A stretch of 64,000 nt of DNA, taken from NCBI GenBank assembly GCA_024704765.1, contig JAKMXF010000066.1, positions 989,883 to 1,053,882 of the forward strand, read 5' to 3'. Both the position numbers and the translations under genes were made by a program. Position 1 is the first letter of the stretch, and every line of letters starts with the position of its first letter. This stretch comes from Oopsacas minuta (lineage: Eukaryota > Animalia > Porifera). Positions 54,800 to 64,000 of the stretch are shown piece by piece. The notes beneath the pieces are model-generated. The model ran no database searches, had not been told where the DNA came from, and saw only the letters and a program-made list of their open reading frames with translations.

Positions 54800-55000
54800 C
54801 TTAGCTGGTTTGATTCATTTATAAAAATTCTTGCAATATATTAGATGCTATCCATGGTTATGTTTTCACTCAGAACTCATAATACTTGCACTTTCCAAAT
54901 GTATTTTCCGCTATTTTGATTCACAAGTGATAATTTCTTTCGAACAGTCATTATGGTTGCTTTCGAAAATCTAATTGATCTATGATTTCTTATTTTAGAA

Positions 55001-56482
55001 ATGACAAGAGAGTTAGGAGTGCCACATCATCTTCTCCAAGAAGCTTTGGCTTACCAGCGTAATAGAACAATCGCAAATCAATCTCTTTATGGATTTCTCC
55101 TCAATGCATCATTAGTATTCCTGCTTAGTATGGACCTATACTTCCTATACACATTCAAGCTACTTTATCAAATCGAAATTCTATGGTACATCGAGTTTGG
55201 ATTGATCTCAATCTTTACTTTTAATGCCCTTACAAGTCTATATGCGTATTCTACTCCGAGCAAATTCGTTATTAACAAAGCCTTGAGCACGACACAAATG
55301 CAGCTATTAGGCTTAGACAAGTCTAACGTCCAAATAGATGACTCAATTTCTTCAGAGATTCCACTCTCTCCAGTTAAAACAAGCACACCAGAAGGATCAC
55401 CAACATCTCAACAGTTAGACTCACTGCATCATAGTCGATCTCGTTCATTTACATACTTCCCTTCACAGCATGTTAATCAAGAGCAACTAAGCACAAGTTT
55501 TAATCAAATGAACCTTTCATTCACTCGTTCATACAATGATGAGCCCATAACAGACATGCACTCGCTTGAGAATTACCTAAAATCAGCTGAAAACTCGGCT
55601 ATTAACAACACTTCGCTAAGCCAATCATTGTTTGATCATTCAAATTTATCACTGAGCAGATCTATGGACCATTCGTTAACTTTCCCAAATACCTACCAAA
55701 TAGCTACACACTTACAGAATTCTAATGCAGATGACAGTCAGAAGATTGAAGCTAAAGTTTGGTCTCAGCTAGGGATTAAGCGTAATGAGTTGGAGATATG
55801 GACTGAGAATTGCAAGCTTTGGATTTCTATGACAATTCTGCATAAAATCATAGACGAAATTGATCATTACAATAAGATCCTCGTTGACTTAGGAAGCCCA
55901 GATTATCAAATAGGTCTAATCAGTATGTCAATGTTACGACAGCTGGCAATCAATCGTCAGGACCAACTCACCAACTTGCCTTTACTCATTCCTTATCTTA
56001 GCTTGCATCCTAACCACGATTACTTGGTTAATCGTATTCGTGAGCTCGCCAAGGGCTCAGATATAAGTTTATACCGATGGAATTCAGGTGGAAGTTACAA
56101 AGGTAAGAAATGGGACAGTAGTTTTCCAACAGATGCTCAGATACTAATACATCTATTCTGTACATATATGGATTCAATGGTTCCACCAACATTAAGCATT
56201 GCAGACACACAACCATTCACAAGTCGTTTCTTCTCATCAGCTCCACAGCGTTTTGAAGATATCCAAGGTGTAATTGCGATATACCAAACTCAAATTCTGC
56301 CACCTAACTTTAGCATACTGATCAAGGAAAAGGGTTTACTTACTGTGCCAAAGGGCAGGCTAAATCTGTTCCATTCCATCGTGGCATTCCTCCACTACTG
56401 CTACCATAAAGAGAGTGGTATGCTTGGACAGGTTAACTTGAGTCTGCTGGGTCTCAATTTGTTCACAATCATAGGAAAATGA
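55001..56482 (+). CDS. TMEM209: Transmembrane protein 209 (nuclear envelope)
   Basis: Two N-terminal TM helices; LPLLIPYL..DYLVNRIRELAKG..YRWNSGG..FPTDAQILIHLFCTYMD; GRLNLFHSIVAF. Confidence 0.88.
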   Translation: MTRELGVPHHLLQEALAYQRNRTIANQSLYGFLLNASLVFLLSMDLYFLYTFKLLYQIEILWYIEFGLISIFTFNALTSLYAYSTPSKFVINKALSTTQMQLLGLDKSNVQIDDSISSEIPLSPVKTSTPEGSPTSQQLDSLHHSRSRSFTYFPSQHVNQEQLSTSFNQMNLSFTRSYNDEPITDMHSLENYLKSAENSAINNTSLSQSLFDHSNLSLSRSMDHSLTFPNTYQIATHLQNSNADDSQKIEAKVWSQLGIKRNELEIWTENCKLWISMTILHKIIDEIDHYNKILVDLGSPDYQIGLISMSMLRQLAINRQDQLTNLPLLIPYLSLHPNHDYLVNRIRELAKGSDISLYRWNSGGSYKGKKWDSSFPTDAQILIHLFCTYMDSMVPPTLSIADTQPFTSRFFSSAPQRFEDIQGVIAIYQTQILPPNFSILIKEKGLLTVPKGRLNLFHSIVAFLHYCYHKESGMLGQVNLSLLGLNLFTIIGK

Positions 56483-56600
56483 GTTCTAATTTGGTAGAAT
56501 TTGATTATTTCACTTTTGGATCACATAATTAACTACGTTACTATAATCATAGATTACAATTGTCCATTAAATCCTGTATGTTTTGTTTGGTAGAATTCCA

Positions 56601-57895
56601 ATGGAAACCCCTTTAGGTACAGGAATAATTGTTTCGCCAACATTAGCTCACACAACAAAAGGAGCCAAGTCAGTTCCACAATCAAAATTCAAAAGTACAA
56701 GGGCTCTACCTTCCAAACCATTGTTCTTCCTTGGTGAGGGTAATAATTGTGAGTTGATACAGGCGATCATGGAGGAGATGGGGTGGGAGCGGAGTGAAAA
56801 CCGCGAGCGCTTCAAACTAAAGTGGGTTCAAGTGAAATCATCCATTACATTTAAAGAATTCAAAGAGGGAATTCAGATTGTAAATCATTTTCCAAATATG
56901 GAATTAATAGGTAATAAGCGGAACTTAGCCGAAAGTTTGAGGGAATATTCTAGAATCCAATTTAGATTCAATCCTACGAAACCGATCACTTTGAATGAGT
57001 TTCTTCCTGAAACTTTTATCTTGGATAGTCCACGTGAAAAAGAAGAATTTCTCAAGACAATCCATTCTGAAGGAAGTATGTGGATTTGTAAACCAACACA
57101 TAGGAACCAAGGACAAGGTAATTTCGGACATTTTAGAATATTTTTACGCGCAAAAACTAATGTTACTTTATAGGCATCTTTCTTATTCGGGGCCCAAGTG
57201 AAGTTGAATCCAAGCTTGCTACCCCTCAGCCGCAAACAAATACATATAAAGGTGTGCGTAAACTTGTCCAACGTTACATCATGAATCCATTACTACTTGA
57301 AGATAGAAAATTCGATATACGAGTGTATATGCTAATCATTGCTGCCAAACCATACTTAGTTTTCTACCATAGTGGGTATATAAGGTTATCATGTGTACCA
57401 TTCGTATTGGAGAACGAAGATATGCACACTCATTTAACAAACCAATTCATACAGAAACAACACCCATCTTACCAAGAGGTGAAGGAGACTACTGTCTGGA
57501 GTTTTGAAAAATTCCAGCAGTATATTGACGAGTTCTACACAGAAGCGAAGCAATTGCCACCTCGCTGGGTATTCACTACCATGACTAAGAAAATCCAGGT
57601 AATTATGCAAATATGTTTTTCGAGTATAATGCGGAAACTTCATCATCGTATTGGATATTTTGAATTGTTAGGATTCGATTTTATGGTTGATACAGACTTC
57701 AAAGTTTGGCTAATTGAAGTCAACGTGAACCCAGCCTTGCATACCAATTGCAGTGACCTGTTGGATGTGATCCCAAATATTGTGCGAAACAGTATTATCC
57801 TAAGCTTAGAGGTGTTTGATAAATGTATCAAACACAAGCCTATCCTACCATTAAACCTGAAGAGTCCATTTATTCCCATTTACAAGGGACGGTAA
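56601..57895 (+). CDS. TTLL10: Tubulin-tyrosine ligase-like protein, TTLL10 (glycylase)-like
   Basis: FKLKWVQ, WICKPTHRNQGQG|IFL joined by intron 57118-57173, VQRYIMNPLLL..KFDIRVY, FELLGFDFMVD..WLIEVNVNP. Start codon uncertain. Confidence 0.78.
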
Positions 57896-58047
57896 GATTT
57901 CTTTATTCGCTACAAACTCAACCAAATTTCTTTCACAGTTTTGTTTTATTTAACGTATTTTATTTCCCATATGTCTGTATTTCCGTGTTTATCATCATAA
58001 TATTCAATTTTCTTTAAATTTATTGTCTTCTGTATATCTTAGCAATT

Positions 58048-60030
58048 ATGCACACAGTTTTCTTAATCTTGACATTCACACATCTCATCTTTTCATCAAC
58101 TGTCCTTGACGGTTATATATACTATAAGTATGATAACGATCTGCTTGCTCCACCATGTACCCGTTTGGTGAATGCTACACATCAAATCGGTTGCTCTACA
58201 GGGGCCTATCCTAAATCAGGAACGCTATTTGAGCTAAATACAGACTCCGACTTCGATTTTGTGATGAAACCTGGCCCTCACAGCCCTTACATTGTCTTGA
58301 TACACCTTCCACATTATGCTAAAGACAATATATTGAAACTTGAAGCATCTCCCTATGTTGCTGGTATTCTGGTTGACGTCATCAATCAGCCTGACGGTCT
58401 AGATTCATTTTCTCCACAGACTGAATGCCCAAATATGGCAGGATTCCAAAAGAATGATTGTCATCTGAATCCGGATGGTAATAGCCTGGATTTTTATGAT
58501 TTCAATGAATTCCCCATCTTCAGTATAAATGATCAAACTATTCTGAGTAATCTTCAAGATTGCGCTAAATCTAATCAATACATTTCTGGACTCTCCTATG
58601 TTTGCTCCGTACAGCTAACTTCTCGCATGTACGCATCAGTTAATACTGAAGTATGTACGCGCAGATTAGACTATGTGCTTCCTCAATTTACCAGTTCAAC
58701 TTCTTATTGCTCCCCACTACAAGGCTGGTCTCTATGGGGTACATTATTTCCATTGAAGGAGAATACCAACTATAACAATACTGAAAATGGTATTATTCTA
58801 ATAGCAGCTCAATTAGATGCTTCAGCATTCTTTCATGATCTTTCCTATGGAGCTGAACACGATTTGAGTGCTATAGCGGTTTTATTAGGGATTGCGGAAG
58901 TGCTTGGAAAATTGAAACGCAATAACTCCATCAATGATACCGGAAATCCTATTGTATTTGCTTTTTTCGATGGAGAGGAGTGGCAACACATTGGGTCTTC
59001 TAAAATGGCTTATGACATTTCTAAAGGGAAATTTCCATTGTTTCCAGACATAGAACTATCACATCAAGGTATAAAGCATTTTATCGGCATGGATCAAGTT
59101 GCTCTCCCCTCTAATCAATCATGGTATGTTCACTCAACGCCATCCGCTCAAAACGATTCTGAGTTCATATCAGCATTTCAGAGTTCTTCTCAATTGAATA
59201 ACATTAGCTTTACCTTTCTTGATGACGGTCTTAATTTACCAAGCACGATGACATATTTCAGTCATTTCAATGCTAATATATCAGGAGCGATTATAACTGA
59301 TTTTAATGATACGTTTAATAACCGATTTCACGGTAGCTTCCTTGATAACGCAAAGAATTTGGGGATAAACACGAATCCGAATCTTATCACGGATCTTCAA
59401 ATCTTATGCAAATCTCTCACTGAATCTATTCTATCTATTTCTAACATTAAAGTTGATGAGGCTATTGATAAATCTTGTAATGAATCATTACTGACACAAA
59501 TTCTAGATTGTTTTCTGGTAAATTCGTCCTGTCCTCTTTTCAGCAAGGTATCTCCACCTGATCTCCCAGCTTCCTCAGGGCCTGTGTCACGTTACGTCAG
59601 CATACAAACTACAACTTCTCTTACTTCGTTAATCACACACAACTTACTTGCGTATTTTATTGGTGACAGAGAGATTACAGTTAGCAAAAACTGTAGTGTG
59701 AATATTTCACCGACTTCCAAATCTCTTTACCGCACGTATTTCTCTCAAGGCCCTAACTATAACTCTAGCACAATGTTAGGTGTATGTGTCAATAGTACTG
59801 TATACTTTTATAAAGCAATCTCTCCAAGCGTAGAATTGAATTCATTCGGGAGTAATTCAATATACTCCACATGGGCTGAATCTACATGGGAAGAACCTAG
59901 CATTTGGATATATTTAGCTGCGAATAATTACATTTATTATGGTGAGTTTATGCTAGGATTCGCAATGACTTTAGTCACTTTAATCGTTTCAATTATTTTC
60001 ACAGTGAAAGCTTCGATGATTTTCAAATAA
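58048..60030 (+). CDS. NCSTN: Nicastrin (gamma-secretase subunit)
   Basis: Signal peptide, PCTRLVNATHQIGCS, AAQLDASAFF, FFDGEEWQHIGSS, WAESTW, single C-terminal TM helix. Confidence 0.93.
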   Translation: MHTVFLILTFTHLIFSSTVLDGYIYYKYDNDLLAPPCTRLVNATHQIGCSTGAYPKSGTLFELNTDSDFDFVMKPGPHSPYIVLIHLPHYAKDNILKLEASPYVAGILVDVINQPDGLDSFSPQTECPNMAGFQKNDCHLNPDGNSLDFYDFNEFPIFSINDQTILSNLQDCAKSNQYISGLSYVCSVQLTSRMYASVNTEVCTRRLDYVLPQFTSSTSYCSPLQGWSLWGTLFPLKENTNYNNTENGIILIAAQLDASAFFHDLSYGAEHDLSAIAVLLGIAEVLGKLKRNNSINDTGNPIVFAFFDGEEWQHIGSSKMAYDISKGKFPLFPDIELSHQGIKHFIGMDQVALPSNQSWYVHSTPSAQNDSEFISAFQSSSQLNNISFTFLDDGLNLPSTMTYFSHFNANISGAIITDFNDTFNNRFHGSFLDNAKNLGINTNPNLITDLQILCKSLTESILSISNIKVDEAIDKSCNESLLTQILDCFLVNSSCPLFSKVSPPDLPASSGPVSRYVSIQTTTSLTSLITHNLLAYFIGDREITVSKNCSVNISPTSKSLYRTYFSQGPNYNSSTMLGVCVNSTVYFYKAISPSVELNSFGSNSIYSTWAESTWEEPSIWIYLAANNYIYYGEFMLGFAMTLVTLIVSIIFTVKASMIFK

Positions 60031-60318
60031 ATCTTGCAATGGATATCATGCGTGTAAATCTGTTCATATCACTGACGGTTTCATTTAGCCATATATATTT
60101 CTATGATAGTATTTGTTTCTTTGTATGACTTTTGTGTTGTTTAAAATAAGTTATATGAAGATTTGTTAAATAGAATTGCATTTTCTATGAGTTTCCGATT
60201 GAACAATAGTGTCCAATGTCTATATCTATAGGCCATAGCTAGTAGCGAAGTATTTCTGGGAATTTCTGGTAATTTCCGAATTGATAGCAGAAATTAATTT
60301 TACGTAAGATGACGAAAC

Positions 60319-63300
60319 CTTGAACGTATACCAACTTCTTGAAATATCTCGTGCCATCTGCTTCTTTACATTTATCTAATTATAATACATAATACTCCAT
60401 AAGTATACTATGGGTTTCGTTAGGTAAGTTAGTCCTTGAGTTGATTGCTCAATGTTCAATTCATTGGCGAGGAATGATGAAGTCGATCACATGAAAAATA
60501 CTTTTTCCTTTCTTATGGCTGTTAGGCATAGTTTGATTATCCTTCAACGAATCATATATAAACTTTACCACCATAGTTTGAATAAAATTGGACATCAACT
60601 AACCTACTGCTACTATTGAAAATCACGAGTTTGCTGTAAGTTATCCTTTCATTCTGATCATTTAGATGCCACTAATTCAGTTTCATTTCTTTGCTTTTCT
60701 TATTATTCTTGCCGTTACTGCTGTAAAACATATTTATACGCTTCCTGAAATACCAGTCGAGGGATTACCACGGAATTTCTCATGGCCTGACAAAGTGAAA
60801 CAATTTTCTGGGTATATTAACGTAAATAAAACACATGGAAACCATTTCTTCTACTGGTTCTTTGAAAGTAGAAGCAAGCCATCTGAAGACCCTCTAATAT
60901 TGTGGTTAACAGGTGGGCCTGGGTGCGCTAGCACATTAGCATTACTGGTTGAAAATGGACCTTTCTTAATCGACAATGACAACGGAAAGTTGAACTACAA
61001 CCCTTATGGTTGGAATAGTTTCGCGAATCTTCTCTACGTCGATCAGCCCGTAGGAACTGGATTCTCCTATACCGACAATCCTTTAGGCTTTGAAACTAAT
61101 GAACAAACAATCGCACGTGAGTTGACAACCTTCATGGAGGAGTTCTACCAAAACTACCCAAAATATTCCAAACTTCCATTCTATATAATTGGTGAAAGCT
61201 ACGCTGGGCATTATATCCCTCCATTTTCAGCCTACATTCTAAAGAATAGCCAAATCGTAAAAGCGAATTTGAAAGGCATTGCGATTGGGGATGGCTGGGT
61301 CAATCCGAAACTACAATTTTCTTCCTATCTTGATTACATGAGCAGTATTGATTATATATCACAATCGAACTATGAAATGATTGATGAGGTTTTCCGAAAA
61401 CCATGCATGAAGTTATTTGAGCTTGGTTCTTACTATTTGAGCGGTATTGAGTGTGAAATATATTCTTCAGCCTTGATGGATGCAGCAGAATTGCATATGA
61501 AACGTTCGATAAATACATATGACGTTAGAGTTCGTTGTATTGAACCTCCTATGTGTTATAACTTCAGTAGCACACATAAATTTCTTAATAGAAAAGACGT
61601 TCAAATGGCATTAGGGGTGGATAGATATTGGCTGTCTTGTAACCTTATCCCTGACATAGTCCTCCTTCTGGATGAGAACAAGGATTATCATGCTGATGTT
61701 GCTTTTACCCTTAGTCAAGGTGTACGAGTTTTGGTTTACAGTGGGAAAGATGACTACATCTGTAACTATTTGGGTGGAAAGGCTTGGACAGAGTCAATGG
61801 AATGGTCTGGGAAAAGTGAATTTTCTGAGAAAAATCTCACTAATTGGATCTATAATGGTGCGAAGGTCGGTGAGTTTAAAGCAGTAAAAGACTTGACCCT
61901 ATTGTTTATCGAGAAATCGGGTCATATGGTGCCAATGAATCAACCAGAAGTATCTTTAGCTATGGTAAACCATTTTCTTAACGGTAAGCCCTTTCAATCA
62001 GATTGAATTCTAATTCTGATTTTTTCTGATCGGTTACGTAGATTAATGATTACTCTCATATTAAATATTTCTTTCTAAACTTTTGTAGTTTAATTCCGGT
62101 AAATATCGTTTCCCCATTTTCTGATCAATACTTAATGATTCCAAAAAAGATTTTGTCTTGAAATTTCGGAAGTTACAAAACTTTTACAAATTATTTCTTT
62201 TGCAATCTAGCTATTATTCAATGAAACTCCTCATCGCACTCGCACTTATCACCCTTGTATCCATATACTGCGATAAGACAGAGGCTATTATCAACAGTTA
62301 TCCCTGGCCAGGTAATGTTACACAACATACTGGCTATATCGTTGTAAATAAAACGCATGGAAACAATTTCTTCTATTGGTTCTTTGAAAGTAGGAGCAAA
62401 CCTTCTCAAGACCCTCTCATCTTATGGCTAACTGGGGGTCCCGGATGTTCCAGTTCTTTGGCACTTTTGGCGGAAAATGGCCCATTTGTCATGCGAAATG
62501 GTGCTAAACAGCCTGTTTTGAACCAATATGGTTGGAATTCCTTTGCTAACCTTCTATATGTTGATCAGCCCGTTGGTACAGGATTCTCTTACACTAATAA
62601 TCCATTAGGTATTGAAACTAATGAGAAAACAATTGCACGTGAATTGACAGTATTTTTGGAAGAGTTTTATCAGAAATTTCCAAAATATGCCTCTCTTCCT
62701 CTCTTCATCATTGGTGAAAGCTATGCTGGTCATTACGTGCCAGCTTTTTCGGCTTACATACTCCAGAATAGTCAAATAGTAACGAAGAACTTGAAAGGTA
62801 TTGGCATTGGAAATGGTTGGGTAGATCCAAAACAACAATACCCAGCATATACAGAATTCATGCATGATCTCGGCTATATTACAAATGCTGAATATACAGT
62901 CTTCAATATTGCAAAAGATGCATGTTTGGCATTAATTGATGCAGGCTCTCTTGTGGAGGCTATGGACGCATGTAGTCTATATATGGAGGCGGTTTTGAAA
63001 GCAGCTGAATTGCACGAAAAACGGTCGATGAATGTTTATGACGTGAGGATTCCCTGTGGCTCGCCCCCACTCTGTTATGATTTCAGCAATGTGGATGCAT
63101 TCCTCAATAGTGCAGATGTACAGGCAGCTCTTGGAGTGAATCGCTCCTGGACCGAATGTAACATGGGTGTGCATATTGCGCTCCTTGGCGACTGGATGAA
63201 AGAGTTTGAAACTTCTGTTGCATTGACTCTTAAGAAAGGTGTCCGAGTACTTGTGTATAGCGGGAAAGACGATTTTATCTGTAATTACAAGGGAGGACTT

Positions 63301-63860
63301 GCATGGACTGGAGATATGGAGTGGAGTGGGAAAGCTCAATTCAATGCGAAAAGCTTTACTGATTGGGTTTTCGATGGCAAAAAGGTTGCCGAGTACAAAA
63401 CTTACTCAAACTTTACGTTTATGGAGGTGGAAAATGCTGGACACATGGTGCCAATGGATCAGCCCGAAGTATCTCTTGAAATGATTCGTCTGTTTATAAA
63501 AGACAAACCTTTTGTTGAGGATATTAAGCGTTATAAGTCTCTTCAGTATCTCAATTTGTTTTAATAACTTGACAACGATATGCAAATAGTTAGGGTTTGT
63601 TTATTGTGTTCATAATTAAAGTAAATTATGTCCATGTAGTTACCCCACCTGCTCTCCTTGAGATTTTGTATATTCTCAACTTCTTTATGTGTGTATGTAA
63701 GTCTGTATAATCGTTAATTACAATACTTTATTCATCTTACTAAATTACTCTTTTGAAATACATATCTATGATTGATAACTCACCTGTGGTGTGAAACTGT
63801 AAGCGTGGGAGGATTTATATATAACATCGTTGTCTTATCACTTACCTTTATTGAGAAACT
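60319..63860 (-). CDS. Putative micro-exon gene of unknown function (partial; exons 63860-63846, 63796-63784, 63702-63644, 60375-60319)
   Basis: Four GT-AG-bounded segments with matching phases give xFLNKVSHHRLTYTHKEVENIQNLKESRWDKCKEADGTRYFKKLVYVQ. No homolog recognised. Confidence 0.4.
60666..62006 (+). CDS. Serine carboxypeptidase (peptidase S10, CPY/SCPL-III-like), copy C
   Basis: Signal peptide; WLTGGPGCAS, GESYAG, YSGKDD, SGHMVP. Confidence 0.92.
   Translation: MPLIQFHFFAFLIILAVTAVKHIYTLPEIPVEGLPRNFSWPDKVKQFSGYINVNKTHGNHFFYWFFESRSKPSEDPLILWLTGGPGCASTLALLVENGPFLIDNDNGKLNYNPYGWNSFANLLYVDQPVGTGFSYTDNPLGFETNEQTIARELTTFMEEFYQNYPKYSKLPFYIIGESYAGHYIPPFSAYILKNSQIVKANLKGIAIGDGWVNPKLQFSSYLDYMSSIDYISQSNYEMIDEVFRKPCMKLFELGSYYLSGIECEIYSSALMDAAELHMKRSINTYDVRVRCIEPPMCYNFSSTHKFLNRKDVQMALGVDRYWLSCNLIPDIVLLLDENKDYHADVAFTLSQGVRVLVYSGKDDYICNYLGGKAWTESMEWSGKSEFSEKNLTNWIYNGAKVGEFKAVKDLTLLFIEKSGHMVPMNQPEVSLAMVNHFLNGKPFQSD
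62221..63564 (+). CDS. Serine carboxypeptidase (peptidase S10, CPY/SCPL-III-like), copy D
   Basis: Signal peptide from ATG 62221 (MKLLIALALI); WLTGGPGCSS, GESYAG, YSGKDD, AGHMVP. Confidence 0.92.
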   Translation: MKLLIALALITLVSIYCDKTEAIINSYPWPGNVTQHTGYIVVNKTHGNNFFYWFFESRSKPSQDPLILWLTGGPGCSSSLALLAENGPFVMRNGAKQPVLNQYGWNSFANLLYVDQPVGTGFSYTNNPLGIETNEKTIARELTVFLEEFYQKFPKYASLPLFIIGESYAGHYVPAFSAYILQNSQIVTKNLKGIGIGNGWVDPKQQYPAYTEFMHDLGYITNAEYTVFNIAKDACLALIDAGSLVEAMDACSLYMEAVLKAAELHEKRSMNVYDVRIPCGSPPLCYDFSNVDAFLNSADVQAALGVNRSWTECNMGVHIALLGDWMKEFETSVALTLKKGVRVLVYSGKDDFICNYKGGLAWTGDMEWSGKAQFNAKSFTDWVFDGKKVAEYKTYSNFTFMEVENAGHMVPMDQPEVSLEMIRLFIKDKPFVEDIKRYKSLQYLNLF

Positions 63861-64000
63861 CTGTATATACGTATTTTGTTAGCAATTAAGTATGTATCGG
63901 CGTATCTTAGGCTTCTATTATATTTCATTAGCTAGCGTAAAGTAATTATCCATGGGGTTGAGCTGCCATTATAATATACGTACGCTACTGCTTTCCAGCA

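Noticed and set aside
4749-63484. Numerous 60-130 aa ORFs antisense to or overlapping real genes (e.g. 4749-5000, 12394-12735, 53893-54339, 62977-63339)
   Set aside because: Shadow frames of genuine CDSs with no motifs of their own.
1-64000. Prokaryotic systems (CRISPR, defence islands), transposases, alternative genetic code
   Set aside because: Spliceosomal introns and animal orthologs throughout; no spaced repeat arrays or transposase/RT motifs; all breaks in conserved ORFs are explained by GT-AG introns.

Overview
Gene-dense, AT-rich eukaryotic (animal-like) genomic window with short GT-AG introns (about 45-120 nt) and many single-exon genes. The compact, nested layout resembles glass-sponge (hexactinellid) genomes, but that assignment is inference. 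About 25 protein genes are recognisable: EFCAB5 (5' end outside window), DZANK1, an atypical Rab-like GTPase, CK2-beta, a beta-helix/multi-TM orphan, UTP18, an isochorismatase-like hydrolase, two di-N-acetylchitobiases, four S10 serine carboxypeptidases in two tandem pairs, GREB1-like, Rab23, a PET+6LIM protein, IBTK, a kinesin-9, OSTC, two SLC38-type transporters, UFL1, ESS2, TMEM209, TTLL10-like and nicastrin. The main architectural signal is same-strand gene nesting, shown by phase-exact splice reconstruction. DZANK1 lies in an EFCAB5 intron (430-2938), a 1.26-kaa membrane protein lies in a CK2-beta intron (7740-11972), and three whole genes (kinesin-9, IBTK, PET-LIM) lie head-to-tail in one 9.1-kb Rab23 intron (37079-46204). 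Many start codons are directly preceded by splice-acceptor-like YAG sites, suggesting intron-embedded or operon-like units resolved by trans-splicing (hypothesis). Other observations: a GC-rich structured RNA-like element plus a long hairpin in an EFCAB5 intron, a candidate micro-exon gene on the minus strand enclosing the last carboxypeptidase pair, gene conversion and paired Cys loss in the first carboxypeptidase pair, and degenerate catalytic motifs in GREB1-like and the Rab-like protein. No tRNA, rRNA, CRISPR array or recognisable transposase was found.
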